From an uncultured Myxococcales bacterium (GTDB taxonomy: Bacteria > Myxococcota_A > Polyangia > JAHFDS01), in contig CAZQJC010000017.1 of NCBI GenBank assembly GCA_964593795.1, positions 81,389-113,387 of the forward strand: a stretch of 31,999 bases of DNA. The letters run 5' to 3'. This document shows positions 9,851 to 18,643 of the stretch, piece after piece. A program made the position numbers and the translations under genes. The notes beneath the pieces were generated by a model that searched no databases, was not told where the DNA came from, and was given only the letters and a program-made list of their open reading frames with translations. Positions within the stretch are counted from its first letter, which is position 1. Every line of letters starts with the position of its first letter.

Positions 9851-11677
9851 TCAATCCAAGGCGAAGCGCGCGAGGTGCGCGGCGCGGGCCGCCGGGACCG
9901 CCGGCTGCTCGGCCTTCCAGAGCACGAGATCCTCGATCACGAGGACGTCCATGTCGCACGCGAGGAAGCACCGGTACGCGTCCTCGGCGGTGCACACGAT
10001 GGGCTCTCCCCGGATGTTGAAGCTCGTGTTGATGACGACCGGGCAGCCGGTGTCGGCCAGCATGCGCGCGAGGAGCGCCGCGAAGCGCGGGCTGCGCAGC
10101 GGATCCACGGTCTGCACGCGCGCGGAGCCGTCGACGTGGGTGACCGCCGGGATGGTCGAGCGCGGACGGCGCAGGCGCTCGAGGCCGGCCGGCTCGGGCC
10201 CCTCGGCGGCGAGCCTGCGCGATGGGTGCACGCCCGCGACGAGCAGCATGTACGGGCTCTCGGTGCCCTCGGGGAGCTCGAACCACTCGTGCGCGTGCGC
10301 CGCGAGCACCGCCGGCGCGAACGGCCGGAAGGACTCCCGGAACTTGATCTGCAGGTTGAGCTGCGACTGCATCTTCGCGGAGCGCGCGTCGCCGAGGATG
10401 GAGCGACCGCCGAGCGCGCGCGGGCCGAACTCCATGCGGCCCTCGCAGACCCCGACGACCTTGCCGTCCTGGATGGCCCTCGCGACGAGCGCCACCGTGG
10501 CAGCCTGATCCGGCTGCCGGTGGTAGCGGGCGCCGGCGCGGTCGAGCGCGGCCGCCGCGGAGTCGCTGTCGAGGCCCGGCCCGAGGCGCGAGCCCCGCTG
10601 CGCGTCCCCGGCCCCCGGCGTGCGCGGCTTGTCGAGGAGCTGGTGCCACGCGAAGAGCGCCGCCCCGAGCGCCCCGCCCGAGTCTCCGGACGCGGGCTGG
10701 ATCCAGATGCGTGAAAACGGCCCCTCACGGAGCAGGCGCCCGTTGGCAACGCAGTTGAGCGCCACGCCACCGGCCAGCACGATCGCGTCGAGCCCTGTCT
10801 GCGCGTGGAGGTCGCGCGCCATGCGCAGCACGATCTCCTCGGTCACCGCCTGGATCGACGCCGCCAGGTCCATCTCGCGCTCGGTGAGCGGCGCCTCGGC
10901 CGCGCGCGGCGGCCCGCCGAGCAGCGCGTCCATCCTGCGCGAGGTCATGCGCAGGCCCGCGAGGTAGTCGAAGTACGAGAGGTCCAGGCGGAACGAGCCG
11001 TCGGGCTTGAGGTCGAGGAGGTGCTCGAGGATGAGATCCTTGAACCGCGGCGTCCCGTAGGGCGCGAGGCCCATCAGCTTGTACTCGCCGGAGTTGACGC
11101 GGAAGCCGCAGAAGTAGGTGAACGCCGAGTAGAGCAGGCCCAGCGAGTGCGGGAAGCGGAGCTCGTCGGTGAGCGTGATGCGATTGCCGCGGCCGTGGCC
11201 GCGCGAGGCGGTCGCCCACTCGCCGACGCCGTCGAGCGTGAGGATCGCGGCCTCCTCGAAGGGCGACGGGAAGAACGCGCTCGCCGCGTGCGACTCGTGG
11301 TGCTCGGGGAACAGGAAGCGCCCGCGGTAGGCGCCGCCGAGGCCGCGATCGATCGCGCGGGGCAGGAAGAGCTTGTCCTCGAGCCAGACCGGCAGCGCCT
11401 TGGCGAAGGCGCGGAAGCCGCGCGGCGCGGTGTGCAGCCACGTCTCGAGCAGGCGCTCCAGCTTGAGGAGGGGCTTTTCGTAGAACACGACGAGGTCGAG
11501 ATCCGCGGCGGTCGCGCCGGCCGCCTCGAGGCAGTAGCGGACCGCGCCCGCGGGAAAGCCGGCGTCGTGCTTCCTGCGCGAGAAGCGCTCCTCCTCGGCC
11601 GCCGCGACGATCTCACCGTCGCGCACGAGGCACGCGGCGCTGTCGTGATAGAAGGCCGAGAGCCCGAGGATCAGCAC
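9851..11677 (-). CDS. Carbamoyltransferase (NodU/CmcH family)
   Basis: N-terminal ILGLSAFYHDSAACLVRDGEIVAAAEEERFSRRKHD (ASKHA/Kae1-like fold) and a C-terminal carbamoyltransferase domain. 608 aa. Confidence 0.8.
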   Translation of the reverse strand: MLILGLSAFYHDSAACLVRDGEIVAAAEEERFSRRKHDAGFPAGAVRYCLEAAGATAADLDLVVFYEKPLLKLERLLETWLHTAPRGFRAFAKALPVWLEDKLFLPRAIDRGLGGAYRGRFLFPEHHESHAASAFFPSPFEEAAILTLDGVGEWATASRGHGRGNRITLTDELRFPHSLGLLYSAFTYFCGFRVNSGEYKLMGLAPYGTPRFKDLILEHLLDLKPDGSFRLDLSYFDYLAGLRMTSRRMDALLGGPPRAAEAPLTEREMDLAASIQAVTEEIVLRMARDLHAQTGLDAIVLAGGVALNCVANGRLLREGPFSRIWIQPASGDSGGALGAALFAWHQLLDKPRTPGAGDAQRGSRLGPGLDSDSAAAALDRAGARYHRQPDQAATVALVARAIQDGKVVGVCEGRMEFGPRALGGRSILGDARSAKMQSQLNLQIKFRESFRPFAPAVLAAHAHEWFELPEGTESPYMLLVAGVHPSRRLAAEGPEPAGLERLRRPRSTIPAVTHVDGSARVQTVDPLRSPRFAALLARMLADTGCPVVINTSFNIRGEPIVCTAEDAYRCFLACDMDVLVIEDLVLWKAEQPAVPAARAAHLARFALD

Positions 11678-11719
11678 GCGGCGCGAGGGTATTTCGAAAC
11701 GCCCCCGCTGGCCACCGCG

Positions 11720-12883
11720 TCAGCTCGCGCGGGCTGTCGCGCGGCGGTCCCACGCCGAGAACACGAGGGCGCCGGCCACCACGATCCCGGCCGCGGTGAC
11801 GAACATCGCGCCGTAGCCCTGCCGCGTGACGACCGCGCCGAGCAGCGGCCCGCCGACCAGCGTCCCGCCGTCGAAGAGCGCGGTGAAGATCGCGAGCGCC
11901 GCGCCGCGCTCGGTCGGGCGCGCGCGCGTGACGACGAGGCCGAGCAGGATCGGGAAGGTGAAGCCGTGGCCGAGTCCGCAGAGCACGCCGGCGCAGCCGA
12001 TCGCGCGAGCGTCCCTGGCCATCGCCAGGACGAGCAGGCCCGCGCACAGGGAGGCCAGCGCCGGAAGAAGAGTCCGCCGCGGACCGAGGCGCTCGGGCCA
12101 GCTCGAGCCCACGAGGCGCAGCCCCACCGCGGCGATGGAATAGGCCGAGTAGAAGAGGCCGAGCGTGCCCACGCCGCGCAGGAGCACGAACGTCTTCATG
12201 AAGCTGAAGTAGCTCGCGATCGCCGTCGCGAAGCACAGGCCCGTGACCCAGAGCGGCAGGAGATCGCGTTGCAGGAGCGCCGCGAGGAGCCCGCGGGGCG
12301 GCTCGCCGGGAGGCCGCGGCACCTCACGCAGCGGTGTGGACAGCGCGAGCGCGGTCGCCGCGAGGCCCGCCGCCACGGCGAAGAGCGGCCGGTACCCGCC
12401 CGCCTCGAGGAGCGCGTCGCCCAGCAGCCCACCCACCGACATGGGCAGCAGGCCCGAGACGCCGAAGAGGGCGATGCCCTGGATGCGCCGCGAGGCCGGC
12501 AGGATGTCCGTCGCGTAGGCGAACAGGGACGCGAAGAGCGCCGCCTCCGCGAGGCCGTGCAGCACGCGCACCGTGTAGACCCACGGCCCGAGCACGGAGA
12601 CGGACAGGTACGCCAGGCAGACGAGGACGTGGAGCGCGCCGCCGAAGACGATGACGAGGCGCCTGCCGCGGAGGTCCATCGCGCGACCGAGCGCGGGGCG
12701 GGCGAGCACGGCCGTGGCGCCCGTGATCCCGACGACGAAGCCGATCTCGAGCTCGCGCGCGCCGAGCCCCTGCAGGAAACCCCCGAGGTGCAGGTAGAGG
12801 TTGAACGCCAGCGCGTGCAGGAAGTGGACGAGCGACAAGAGGAGAAAGCGCGGCGACAGGATGCGGTCGTCGTCGGTCACCAC
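11720..12883 (-). CDS. MFS transporter
   Basis: 12 predicted TM segments. Start placed at GTG (12883/12880) just before TM1 (RFLLLSLVHFLHALAFNLYL). Sequence upstream of this in the track ORF is non-coding-like and overlaps the divergent gene. Confidence 0.6.
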   Translation of the reverse strand: MVTDDDRILSPRFLLLSLVHFLHALAFNLYLHLGGFLQGLGARELEIGFVVGITGATAVLARPALGRAMDLRGRRLVIVFGGALHVLVCLAYLSVSVLGPWVYTVRVLHGLAEAALFASLFAYATDILPASRRIQGIALFGVSGLLPMSVGGLLGDALLEAGGYRPLFAVAAGLAATALALSTPLREVPRPPGEPPRGLLAALLQRDLLPLWVTGLCFATAIASYFSFMKTFVLLRGVGTLGLFYSAYSIAAVGLRLVGSSWPERLGPRRTLLPALASLCAGLLVLAMARDARAIGCAGVLCGLGHGFTFPILLGLVVTRARPTERGAALAIFTALFDGGTLVGGPLLGAVVTRQGYGAMFVTAAGIVVAGALVFSAWDRRATARAS

Positions 12884-12932
12884 CCGGGACGTAGCACACC
12901 ACCGGCGGCCGAGTCGGCTATCCTGCCGGCGC

Positions 12933-15404
12933 TTGCGGCCGGCCCTCGCCCTCCTCGCCGTCCTCGCCGCGATCGGCGCCAGCGCCGGTGCGGCAGCGGC
13001 CCCGCCCGAGATCACCGCGGCGCGGGCCGAGCGGCCGCCCGTGCTCGACGGCAGCCTCGACGACGAGGTGTGGCGCCGCGCGCCCGCGGTCGATCTCTTC
13101 CGGCAGCTCCGTCCCGAGGAGGGACGCCCCTCGAGCCAGCGCACGGAGGTGCGCCTCGCCTTCGACGCGCACGCGCTCTACGTCGCCATCGTCGCCTTCG
13201 ACCGCGCCCCCGACGAGATCGTCTCGGCCCTCGGCAGGCGCGACGACTTTCCCGAGTCCGACTGGGTCGCCGTCCTCCTCGACAGCCAGGGCGACCGCCG
13301 AGCCTCGAACTGGTTCCTCGTCAACGCGGCCGGCACGATGGCCGACGGCGCCTCGGTGGAGGGCGGCGGCGACACCGAGTGGGACGGCGTCTGGCGCGTC
13401 GAGGTCGCGCGCCGCCCCGACGGCTGGGCGGCGGAGTTCGAGATCCCGCTCTCGACGCTCCGCTTCTCCGGGGACCGCCCCCCGCACTTCGGCATCGGCT
13501 TCAAGCGCTGGCTCAGCCGCCGCAAGGAGGAGTCGATGTGGCCGTTCGTGCCCATCAACTCGCCCACTTTCATGCCGAACCTCGCCGACGTGCGGGGCCT
13601 GGACGGCGTGCGACCGGGCCTCTCGCTGCAGCTCCTGCCGTACGCCGCCGCCACCTTGCAGCCGAGCTTCCAGGGCGGCAGCCTCGCGCCGCGCGACACG
13701 GCGAGCGCCAACGTCGGCTTCGACGCGAAGTACTCCGTCGGCGGGGGGCTGACGCTCGACGCCACCGTGAACCCCGACTTCGCCCAGGTCGAGCTCGATC
13801 CCGCGGTCATCAACCTGTCCGCCTTCGAGGTCTACTTCCAGGAGCGGCGCGCGTTCTTCCTCGAGGGCGTCGACATCTTCCAGTCCGCAGGCCAGATGCT
13901 CTACACGCGCCGCATCGGCGCCGCGCCGCCGGTGCCGGCCCCGCAGCACGGCGGGGACCTCGTCGAGGTCACGCCGCGCGCGCGCATCCTCGGCGCCCTC
14001 AAGCTCACCGGCAACGTCCGCCCCGGCACCGCGATCGGCCTCCTCTCCGCGGCGGTCGACGAGGCCTTCGCCGTCGAGAGAGCCGAGGACGGCGCCGCAC
14101 ATCGCCTGCTCGCGACGCCTTACACGATCTATTCGGTTGCACGAATTCGTCAAGCCGTGGGCGACGCCTCCACCGTCGGCGGCACGGTGACCCACGTCGG
14201 AAGGGCCGCCGGGCGGCAGGACGCCCTCGTCGCGGGCGCCGACTTCGATCTGCGCGGCCAGGGCGACTACACGCTCTCGGGCCGCGCGGGCGCGAGCTTC
14301 ACGCAGGCGTGCGATCCCGTCCTGCGGCCCGCGTTCGGCGGAGGCTGCGATCCCATCGGCACCTCCGTGAGCGGCGGCAAGACCGCCGGCGAGCTCCAGG
14401 TCCGCGGCGAGGTCGGCTACCTCGGCGCCGAGCTCGACGTCAACGACCTCGGCTTCCTGCAGCACTCGCTCGGCACGCAGAACCTCTGGCAGAGCGCCTC
14501 CGTCGGCCTCTACCGCAACCGGCCGCTCGGTCCGATCGACTACACGTACCTCGCGCTCGTCCAGGGGACGTCCTTCGATCCGACCGTGGGCGACGAGCGC
14601 CACGGCGTGCCGATGACCGGCAACTACCTCGGCTTCGACGGCACGCTACGCTTCCGCGGCAACGCCGAGCTCGGGTGGTTCGCGCAGGAGCACTTCCCGC
14701 GCTACGACGACGCCGAGACGCGCGGCAACGCCCTCGTCCGGATCTTCGGCCGCCCCGCGCAGCACTTCCTGTTCACGCGCGTGCGCAGCGACGACACGCG
14801 CGCGGTGTGGCTCCAGCTCCGCCACCTCATCACGCTCGAGCGCGGCACGTACACGCAGACCGCGGGCGCCGACTTCGGCCTGCGCCTCGGCGGACGCTTC
14901 CAGCTCGGCGGCGGCGTCAACTACGACGGCTGGTACGGGCGCCCGCGCTGGGTCGACGACGGCCCGAGCGGCCTGCCCCGCTTCGCGGACCTCGAGCTAC
15001 GCCAGCTCGGCCTGTCGCTGCGGGGCACGCTCGCCTTCTCGCGCGCGCTCACGCTGCAGTCGTTCGGCCAGCTCCTGCGCTCGGTGCAGCGCTACACGGC
15101 GGTGCGCACGCTCGCGGACCCTGACACGCTCGCGGCGTGCGAGGCTGGCTGCGCGGACGCGGCGCCGCCCGCCGTCTTCAACGGCGACTTCACGTCGGTC
15201 ATCGTCAACACCGTGCTGCGCTGGGAGCTCCGCCCCGGCTCCGCCCTGTACCTCGTGTACACGCACAACTCGCAGGTCACGGCCGACGAGCTCGGACGCG
15301 TCGCCGACGGCGAATGGGCGCTCCGCAGCGCGCTCCGCGGGCTCGGTCGCGTGCCGGCCGACGACGTCCTCGCCGTCAAGCTGACGCTGCTCTGGTCGCT
15401 GTGA
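12933..15404 (+). CDS. DUF5916 / CBM9-like carbohydrate-binding domain secreted protein
   Basis: TTG at 12933 gives signal peptide (M)RPALALLAVLAAIGASAGAAAA. Conserved N-terminal PVLDGSLDDEVWRRAP...YVAIVAFD module. The start codon is uncertain (ATG 12861 would overlap the MFS start). Confidence 0.55.
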   Translation: MRPALALLAVLAAIGASAGAAAAPPEITAARAERPPVLDGSLDDEVWRRAPAVDLFRQLRPEEGRPSSQRTEVRLAFDAHALYVAIVAFDRAPDEIVSALGRRDDFPESDWVAVLLDSQGDRRASNWFLVNAAGTMADGASVEGGGDTEWDGVWRVEVARRPDGWAAEFEIPLSTLRFSGDRPPHFGIGFKRWLSRRKEESMWPFVPINSPTFMPNLADVRGLDGVRPGLSLQLLPYAAATLQPSFQGGSLAPRDTASANVGFDAKYSVGGGLTLDATVNPDFAQVELDPAVINLSAFEVYFQERRAFFLEGVDIFQSAGQMLYTRRIGAAPPVPAPQHGGDLVEVTPRARILGALKLTGNVRPGTAIGLLSAAVDEAFAVERAEDGAAHRLLATPYTIYSVARIRQAVGDASTVGGTVTHVGRAAGRQDALVAGADFDLRGQGDYTLSGRAGASFTQACDPVLRPAFGGGCDPIGTSVSGGKTAGELQVRGEVGYLGAELDVNDLGFLQHSLGTQNLWQSASVGLYRNRPLGPIDYTYLALVQGTSFDPTVGDERHGVPMTGNYLGFDGTLRFRGNAELGWFAQEHFPRYDDAETRGNALVRIFGRPAQHFLFTRVRSDDTRAVWLQLRHLITLERGTYTQTAGADFGLRLGGRFQLGGGVNYDGWYGRPRWVDDGPSGLPRFADLELRQLGLSLRGTLAFSRALTLQSFGQLLRSVQRYTAVRTLADPDTLAACEAGCADAAPPAVFNGDFTSVIVNTVLRWELRPGSALYLVYTHNSQVTADELGRVADGEWALRSALRGLGRVPADDVLAVKLTLLWSL

Positions 15405-15423
15405 TTGCGGCTATGCTGCGCGG

Positions 15424-16197
15424 ATGCCCGGCACGCTAGGCACGACGCGACGAGGCGACGTCCTCGTCCTCGAGCTCCAGAACCCCGACAAGCGCAACGC
15501 CCTCGACCCGGCGCTCTGCGACGCCCTCACGGCCGCGCTGCGCGACCCGGGCGACGCGCGCGCCATCGTCCTTTCGGGAGCCGGCGAGAAGGCGTTCTCG
15601 GCCGGCTTCGACCTCGAGGCGCTGCCGGCGCCGGGCGAGCCGATGCCGCGTGACCCCTTCGAGGGCCTGCTCGACGCGGTGTCCGCGAGCGACCTGCCGA
15701 TCGTGGCGGCCCTGCGCGGCGTCGCGATGGGCGGCGGCCTCGAGCTCGCGGCCGCGTGCGACCTCCGCGTCGGGCACCCCGAGCTCAAGCTCGCCATGCC
15801 GCCCGCGCGGCTCGGCATCATCTACTCGCCGCGCGGCCTCGCCCGCTTCTCGGCGCTGTGCGGCGAGTCCCGCGCCCGGCGTCTCTTCCTGACCGCGTGC
15901 ACCCTCGACGGCGCCGAGGCGCATCGCATCGGCCTCTGCGACGAGCTCGTCCCCGCGGGCGAGGTGCTCCCGCGGGCGCTGGCGATGGCCGCCGAGATCG
16001 CGGCCCTCGCGCCGCTCGCCGTCCAGGGCATGCGCAGGGTCTTCGAGACCTTGTGCCGCGCGCGCCTCGAGGCGCTCGATCCCGTGGACCTCGAGGCCAT
16101 CGCACGGCTCCGGGCCGCCTCGTTCGCCTCCGCCGATCACGCCGAGGCGCGCCGCGCCTTCGCCGACAAGCGCGCCCCGCGCTTCTCGGGTCGGTGA
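15424..16197 (+). CDS. Enoyl-CoA hydratase/isomerase (crotonase) family protein
   Basis: VLVLELQNPDKRNALD ... AIVLSGAGEKAFSAGFDL ... AALRGVAMGGGLELAAACDLRV, the crotonase-fold oxyanion-hole motifs. Confidence 0.8.
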   Translation: MPGTLGTTRRGDVLVLELQNPDKRNALDPALCDALTAALRDPGDARAIVLSGAGEKAFSAGFDLEALPAPGEPMPRDPFEGLLDAVSASDLPIVAALRGVAMGGGLELAAACDLRVGHPELKLAMPPARLGIIYSPRGLARFSALCGESRARRLFLTACTLDGAEAHRIGLCDELVPAGEVLPRALAMAAEIAALAPLAVQGMRRVFETLCRARLEALDPVDLEAIARLRAASFASADHAEARRAFADKRAPRFSGR

Positions 16198-17099
16198 TGC
16201 GTCGCCTCGCGCTCGCCGCGCTCCTCCTCCTGCCGCGCCCCGCGCAGGCGCTCGACAAGCAGGGCTCCGCGCACGGCGGCGCCGTCGCGGTCGACCCGAC
16301 GGGCTTCAACGTCTCGGGCGCCCTGTCCTTCGGCGTCGCGCTCTACAACCCCACCTACGCGGCGCGCCCCGACAACACCGGCAGCGCGCTCTTCTGCTAC
16401 GCGCTCCACCTCGACACCGACGTCCTCGGCCAGGCGCTCTCGTTCCCGCTCGACCTCAACTTCTTCACCGACAGCAGCGAGGCCGGCGGAGGCAAGGCGT
16501 CCCCCACCGAGTTCGACGTCATCGCGGGCGTCACGACCACGCACAAGCTCTGCCCGGGCGCGCTCGAGCTCGGCCTGCGCGTCGAGCACGATCGTCCGGT
16601 CGACCGGGGCGGCTTCAGCCAAACGTATGCGGATATCCGGATGCGTTACCTGTTCTCGCTGGCCGAAACGTTCCCGCGCCTCGCCGACGCGCTCTCGGAC
16701 GGCGACGTCAACGGCTGGCTCACGCTCGGCGCGTTCGCCTGGAACCCGACCTACGCGGCCCGGCCCGACAACACCGGCAAGGCGCTCCTGCGCTACGCCG
16801 CGCACCTCGAGCTGTCGCTCTGGTCCGACCTGCTGTCCGTCGGCGTCGACGGCACGATGTTCACCGACCGCGAGCGACAGAGCGATCTTCCCTTCGCGCC
16901 GACCGAGCTCGATCTGACCGCCGAGATCATCGGTCACCCCGGCCGCCACGAGCTCCACGTGGCCTACGAGCGCGACCTCCCGCTCGATCGCTCGGGCCTC
17001 GTGCAGCACTTCGTGTACGCGCTCTACGTGGTGTCCTTCGACCTGCGAACGGACCGCCCCGCCCCCCTCGAGACCAAGCACCAGATCCCGTCGCCCTGA
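16197..17099 (+). CDS. Secreted protein with internal tandem duplication, amphipathic beta-strand pattern (putative outer-membrane beta-barrel)
   Basis: ATG overlaps the crotonase TGA (ATGA). Signal MRRLALAALLLLPRPAQA. Two ~140-aa halves share [LF]G(VA)(AF)xxNPTYAARPDNTG[SK]AL...(L)xLxxF(T)D...PTE(FL)D. Strands alternate hydrophobic/polar residues. Confidence 0.5.
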   Translation: MRRLALAALLLLPRPAQALDKQGSAHGGAVAVDPTGFNVSGALSFGVALYNPTYAARPDNTGSALFCYALHLDTDVLGQALSFPLDLNFFTDSSEAGGGKASPTEFDVIAGVTTTHKLCPGALELGLRVEHDRPVDRGGFSQTYADIRMRYLFSLAETFPRLADALSDGDVNGWLTLGAFAWNPTYAARPDNTGKALLRYAAHLELSLWSDLLSVGVDGTMFTDRERQSDLPFAPTELDLTAEIIGHPGRHELHVAYERDLPLDRSGLVQHFVYALYVVSFDLRTDRPAPLETKHQIPSP

Positions 17100-17971
17100 C
17101 GCCGGGCCCTCGCCAGCAGCGCGAGCAGCAGGAGCAGCGCGAGCGCGGCGAGCCCGCTCGGACCTTCTCCACCCGCGGCGCAGCCCTTCGTCCCCGCCGC
17201 CTTCCTCGACACCGTCTCGCACGTGCCCGGGTCCTTGGTGGTCGGGTAGATGCCGCAGAAGCCGGCGACGTCGTCCGCCTCCGGCGAGCGCTTCTTGGTC
17301 TCGCCCGGGTCGGCGAAGTTGTACATGGTGGCGTCGGTGAGCGCGGCCGGCAGCGTGCCGAAGCAGCGCGGCACGGCGTTGCCCTGGTCGTCCTTCGGCG
17401 TCGGGCTGCGCGCCCCGTCGTCGCACGTGTGGTCGAGCCCGATGAGGTGCCCGAGCTCGTGCGTGAGCGTGTTCTGCACGTCGGTCTGCCGCCCGCCCGA
17501 GACCACCGCGAAGGTGAAGTTGACGGCGTTGAGCTCGATGTCGGCGTCCACGATCTCGCCGTTGTTCGCAGCGGTCTCGCTCTCGACGAAGCGCAGCGTG
17601 GTGAGCGCCGCGGCCTGCCGGTCGTAGGGGACGAAGTCGTTGCCGCTGCCGGAGCCCCACTGGTCCTCGAGGAACGTGATGCGATTCGCCGAGTCGTAGC
17701 TCGTGCCCTGGCTCGCCGCCACCGGATCGAGGCGCAGCTCGAGGTACGAGCAGGACGCCGTCGCGTTCATCCAGGCGTCGATCGAGCGCTGGATCTCCGC
17801 GAGCGTCGCCGCCTCGCCGAGGTCCTTGGCACCGCCGGCCGAGGGCGTGAGGAACACGCAGCCGCTCTTCCAGTAGACCGCCTTGCCGGTCTTGTTGGCG
17901 GCGCGCACGTAGGCGGCCGCCGGGCTCGTCATCCCGACGAGCGCGAGCAGCGCGAGGGCGAGCCGGCTCAA
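17024..17971 (-). CDS. Secreted zinc metalloprotease of the metzincin clan (HExxHxxGxxH + Met-turn), C-terminal MYXO-CTERM-like tail
   Basis: TTG start at 17971..17969 (MSRLALALLALVGMTSPAAA signal). HELGHLIGLDHT (pappalysin/M43-like flavour) and downstream TMY Met-turn. GCAAGGEGPSGLAALALLLLLALLARARR followed by 25 extra residues. Overlaps the 3' end of the 16197..17099 gene by 76 bp. Confidence 0.6.
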   Translation of the reverse strand: MSRLALALLALVGMTSPAAAYVRAANKTGKAVYWKSGCVFLTPSAGGAKDLGEAATLAEIQRSIDAWMNATASCSYLELRLDPVAASQGTSYDSANRITFLEDQWGSGSGNDFVPYDRQAAALTTLRFVESETAANNGEIVDADIELNAVNFTFAVVSGGRQTDVQNTLTHELGHLIGLDHTCDDGARSPTPKDDQGNAVPRCFGTLPAALTDATMYNFADPGETKKRSPEADDVAGFCGIYPTTKDPGTCETVSRKAAGTKGCAAGGEGPSGLAALALLLLLALLARARRQGDGIWCLVSRGAGRSVRRSKDTT

Positions 17972-18468
17972 CGCTGCACCAGCGCTCGTACGCGCGCCGA
18001 GAGCGCCTCGAGGGACTCCGACGCGGCCGGAGCCTGTCCCTTGATCTCGAGGCCCGCGCCGCCGAACACGACGAGCGCCTTGTCGCCCGTCCGCACCACC
18101 TCGCGCTTGCCCATCGCCATGCCGACCAGGCGGTACGCCAGCGGGAGCTTCTGCACCCGCGGGATCTCGGCGAGGAAGAGCACGACCTCCGTGCCCTCGC
18201 GCAGGAGCGACTCGCCCATGACGCGCATGCCGATGCCGTCCACCGAGCCCCCGAGCTGGCGGACCATCACCTCGCGCGCGGGCGCGCCCTTCCACGGCGA
18301 CGCGACCTCCACGCGTGACTCCGTGAGGATGCGCCTGTGCGCGGCGTCCCAGCGCGAGCGGGCCTCCACCACCCGCCCGTGGACCACCACGTCGGAGGCC
18401 TCCACGAGGCCCTTGGTGTCGTAACCCGTGATGACTGTCAGGAAGATCCCGAGAAAGGCGCCGATCAT
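17968..18468 (-). CDS. Membrane-anchored hypothetical protein (N-terminal TM), translationally coupled to the downstream metzincin
   Basis: MIGAFLGIFLTVITGY signal anchor. Its stop TGA overlaps the TTG start of the protease (TTGA). Confidence 0.45.
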   Translation of the reverse strand: MIGAFLGIFLTVITGYDTKGLVEASDVVVHGRVVEARSRWDAAHRRILTESRVEVASPWKGAPAREVMVRQLGGSVDGIGMRVMGESLLREGTEVVLFLAEIPRVQKLPLAYRLVGMAMGKREVVRTGDKALVVFGGAGLEIKGQAPAASESLEALSARVRALVQR

Positions 18469-18603
18469 GGCCCGCCCAGCCTAGCACCTCGCGTCGGACC
18501 CCCGCGGCGCGATCCCTGTGCGGTCCGCACGCCAGCCGGAAACCATCGCGATTGCGACCCGTTGGACCTCGCGGGCATCGGGCTTACAAGGAATTACATC
18601 TGG

Positions 18604-18609
18604 TTGACA
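18604..18609 (+). promoter_or_regulatory. Consensus -35 hexamer TTGACA upstream of the GT2 gene
   Basis: Perfect TTGACA in a locally lower-GC stretch 35 bp upstream of ATG 18644. No convincing -10 at 17-bp spacing (best TACGTT at 21 bp). Confidence 0.25.
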
Positions 18610-18643
18610 GCATGCGTCATGGCCCGGCGCTACGTTCGCCGCG

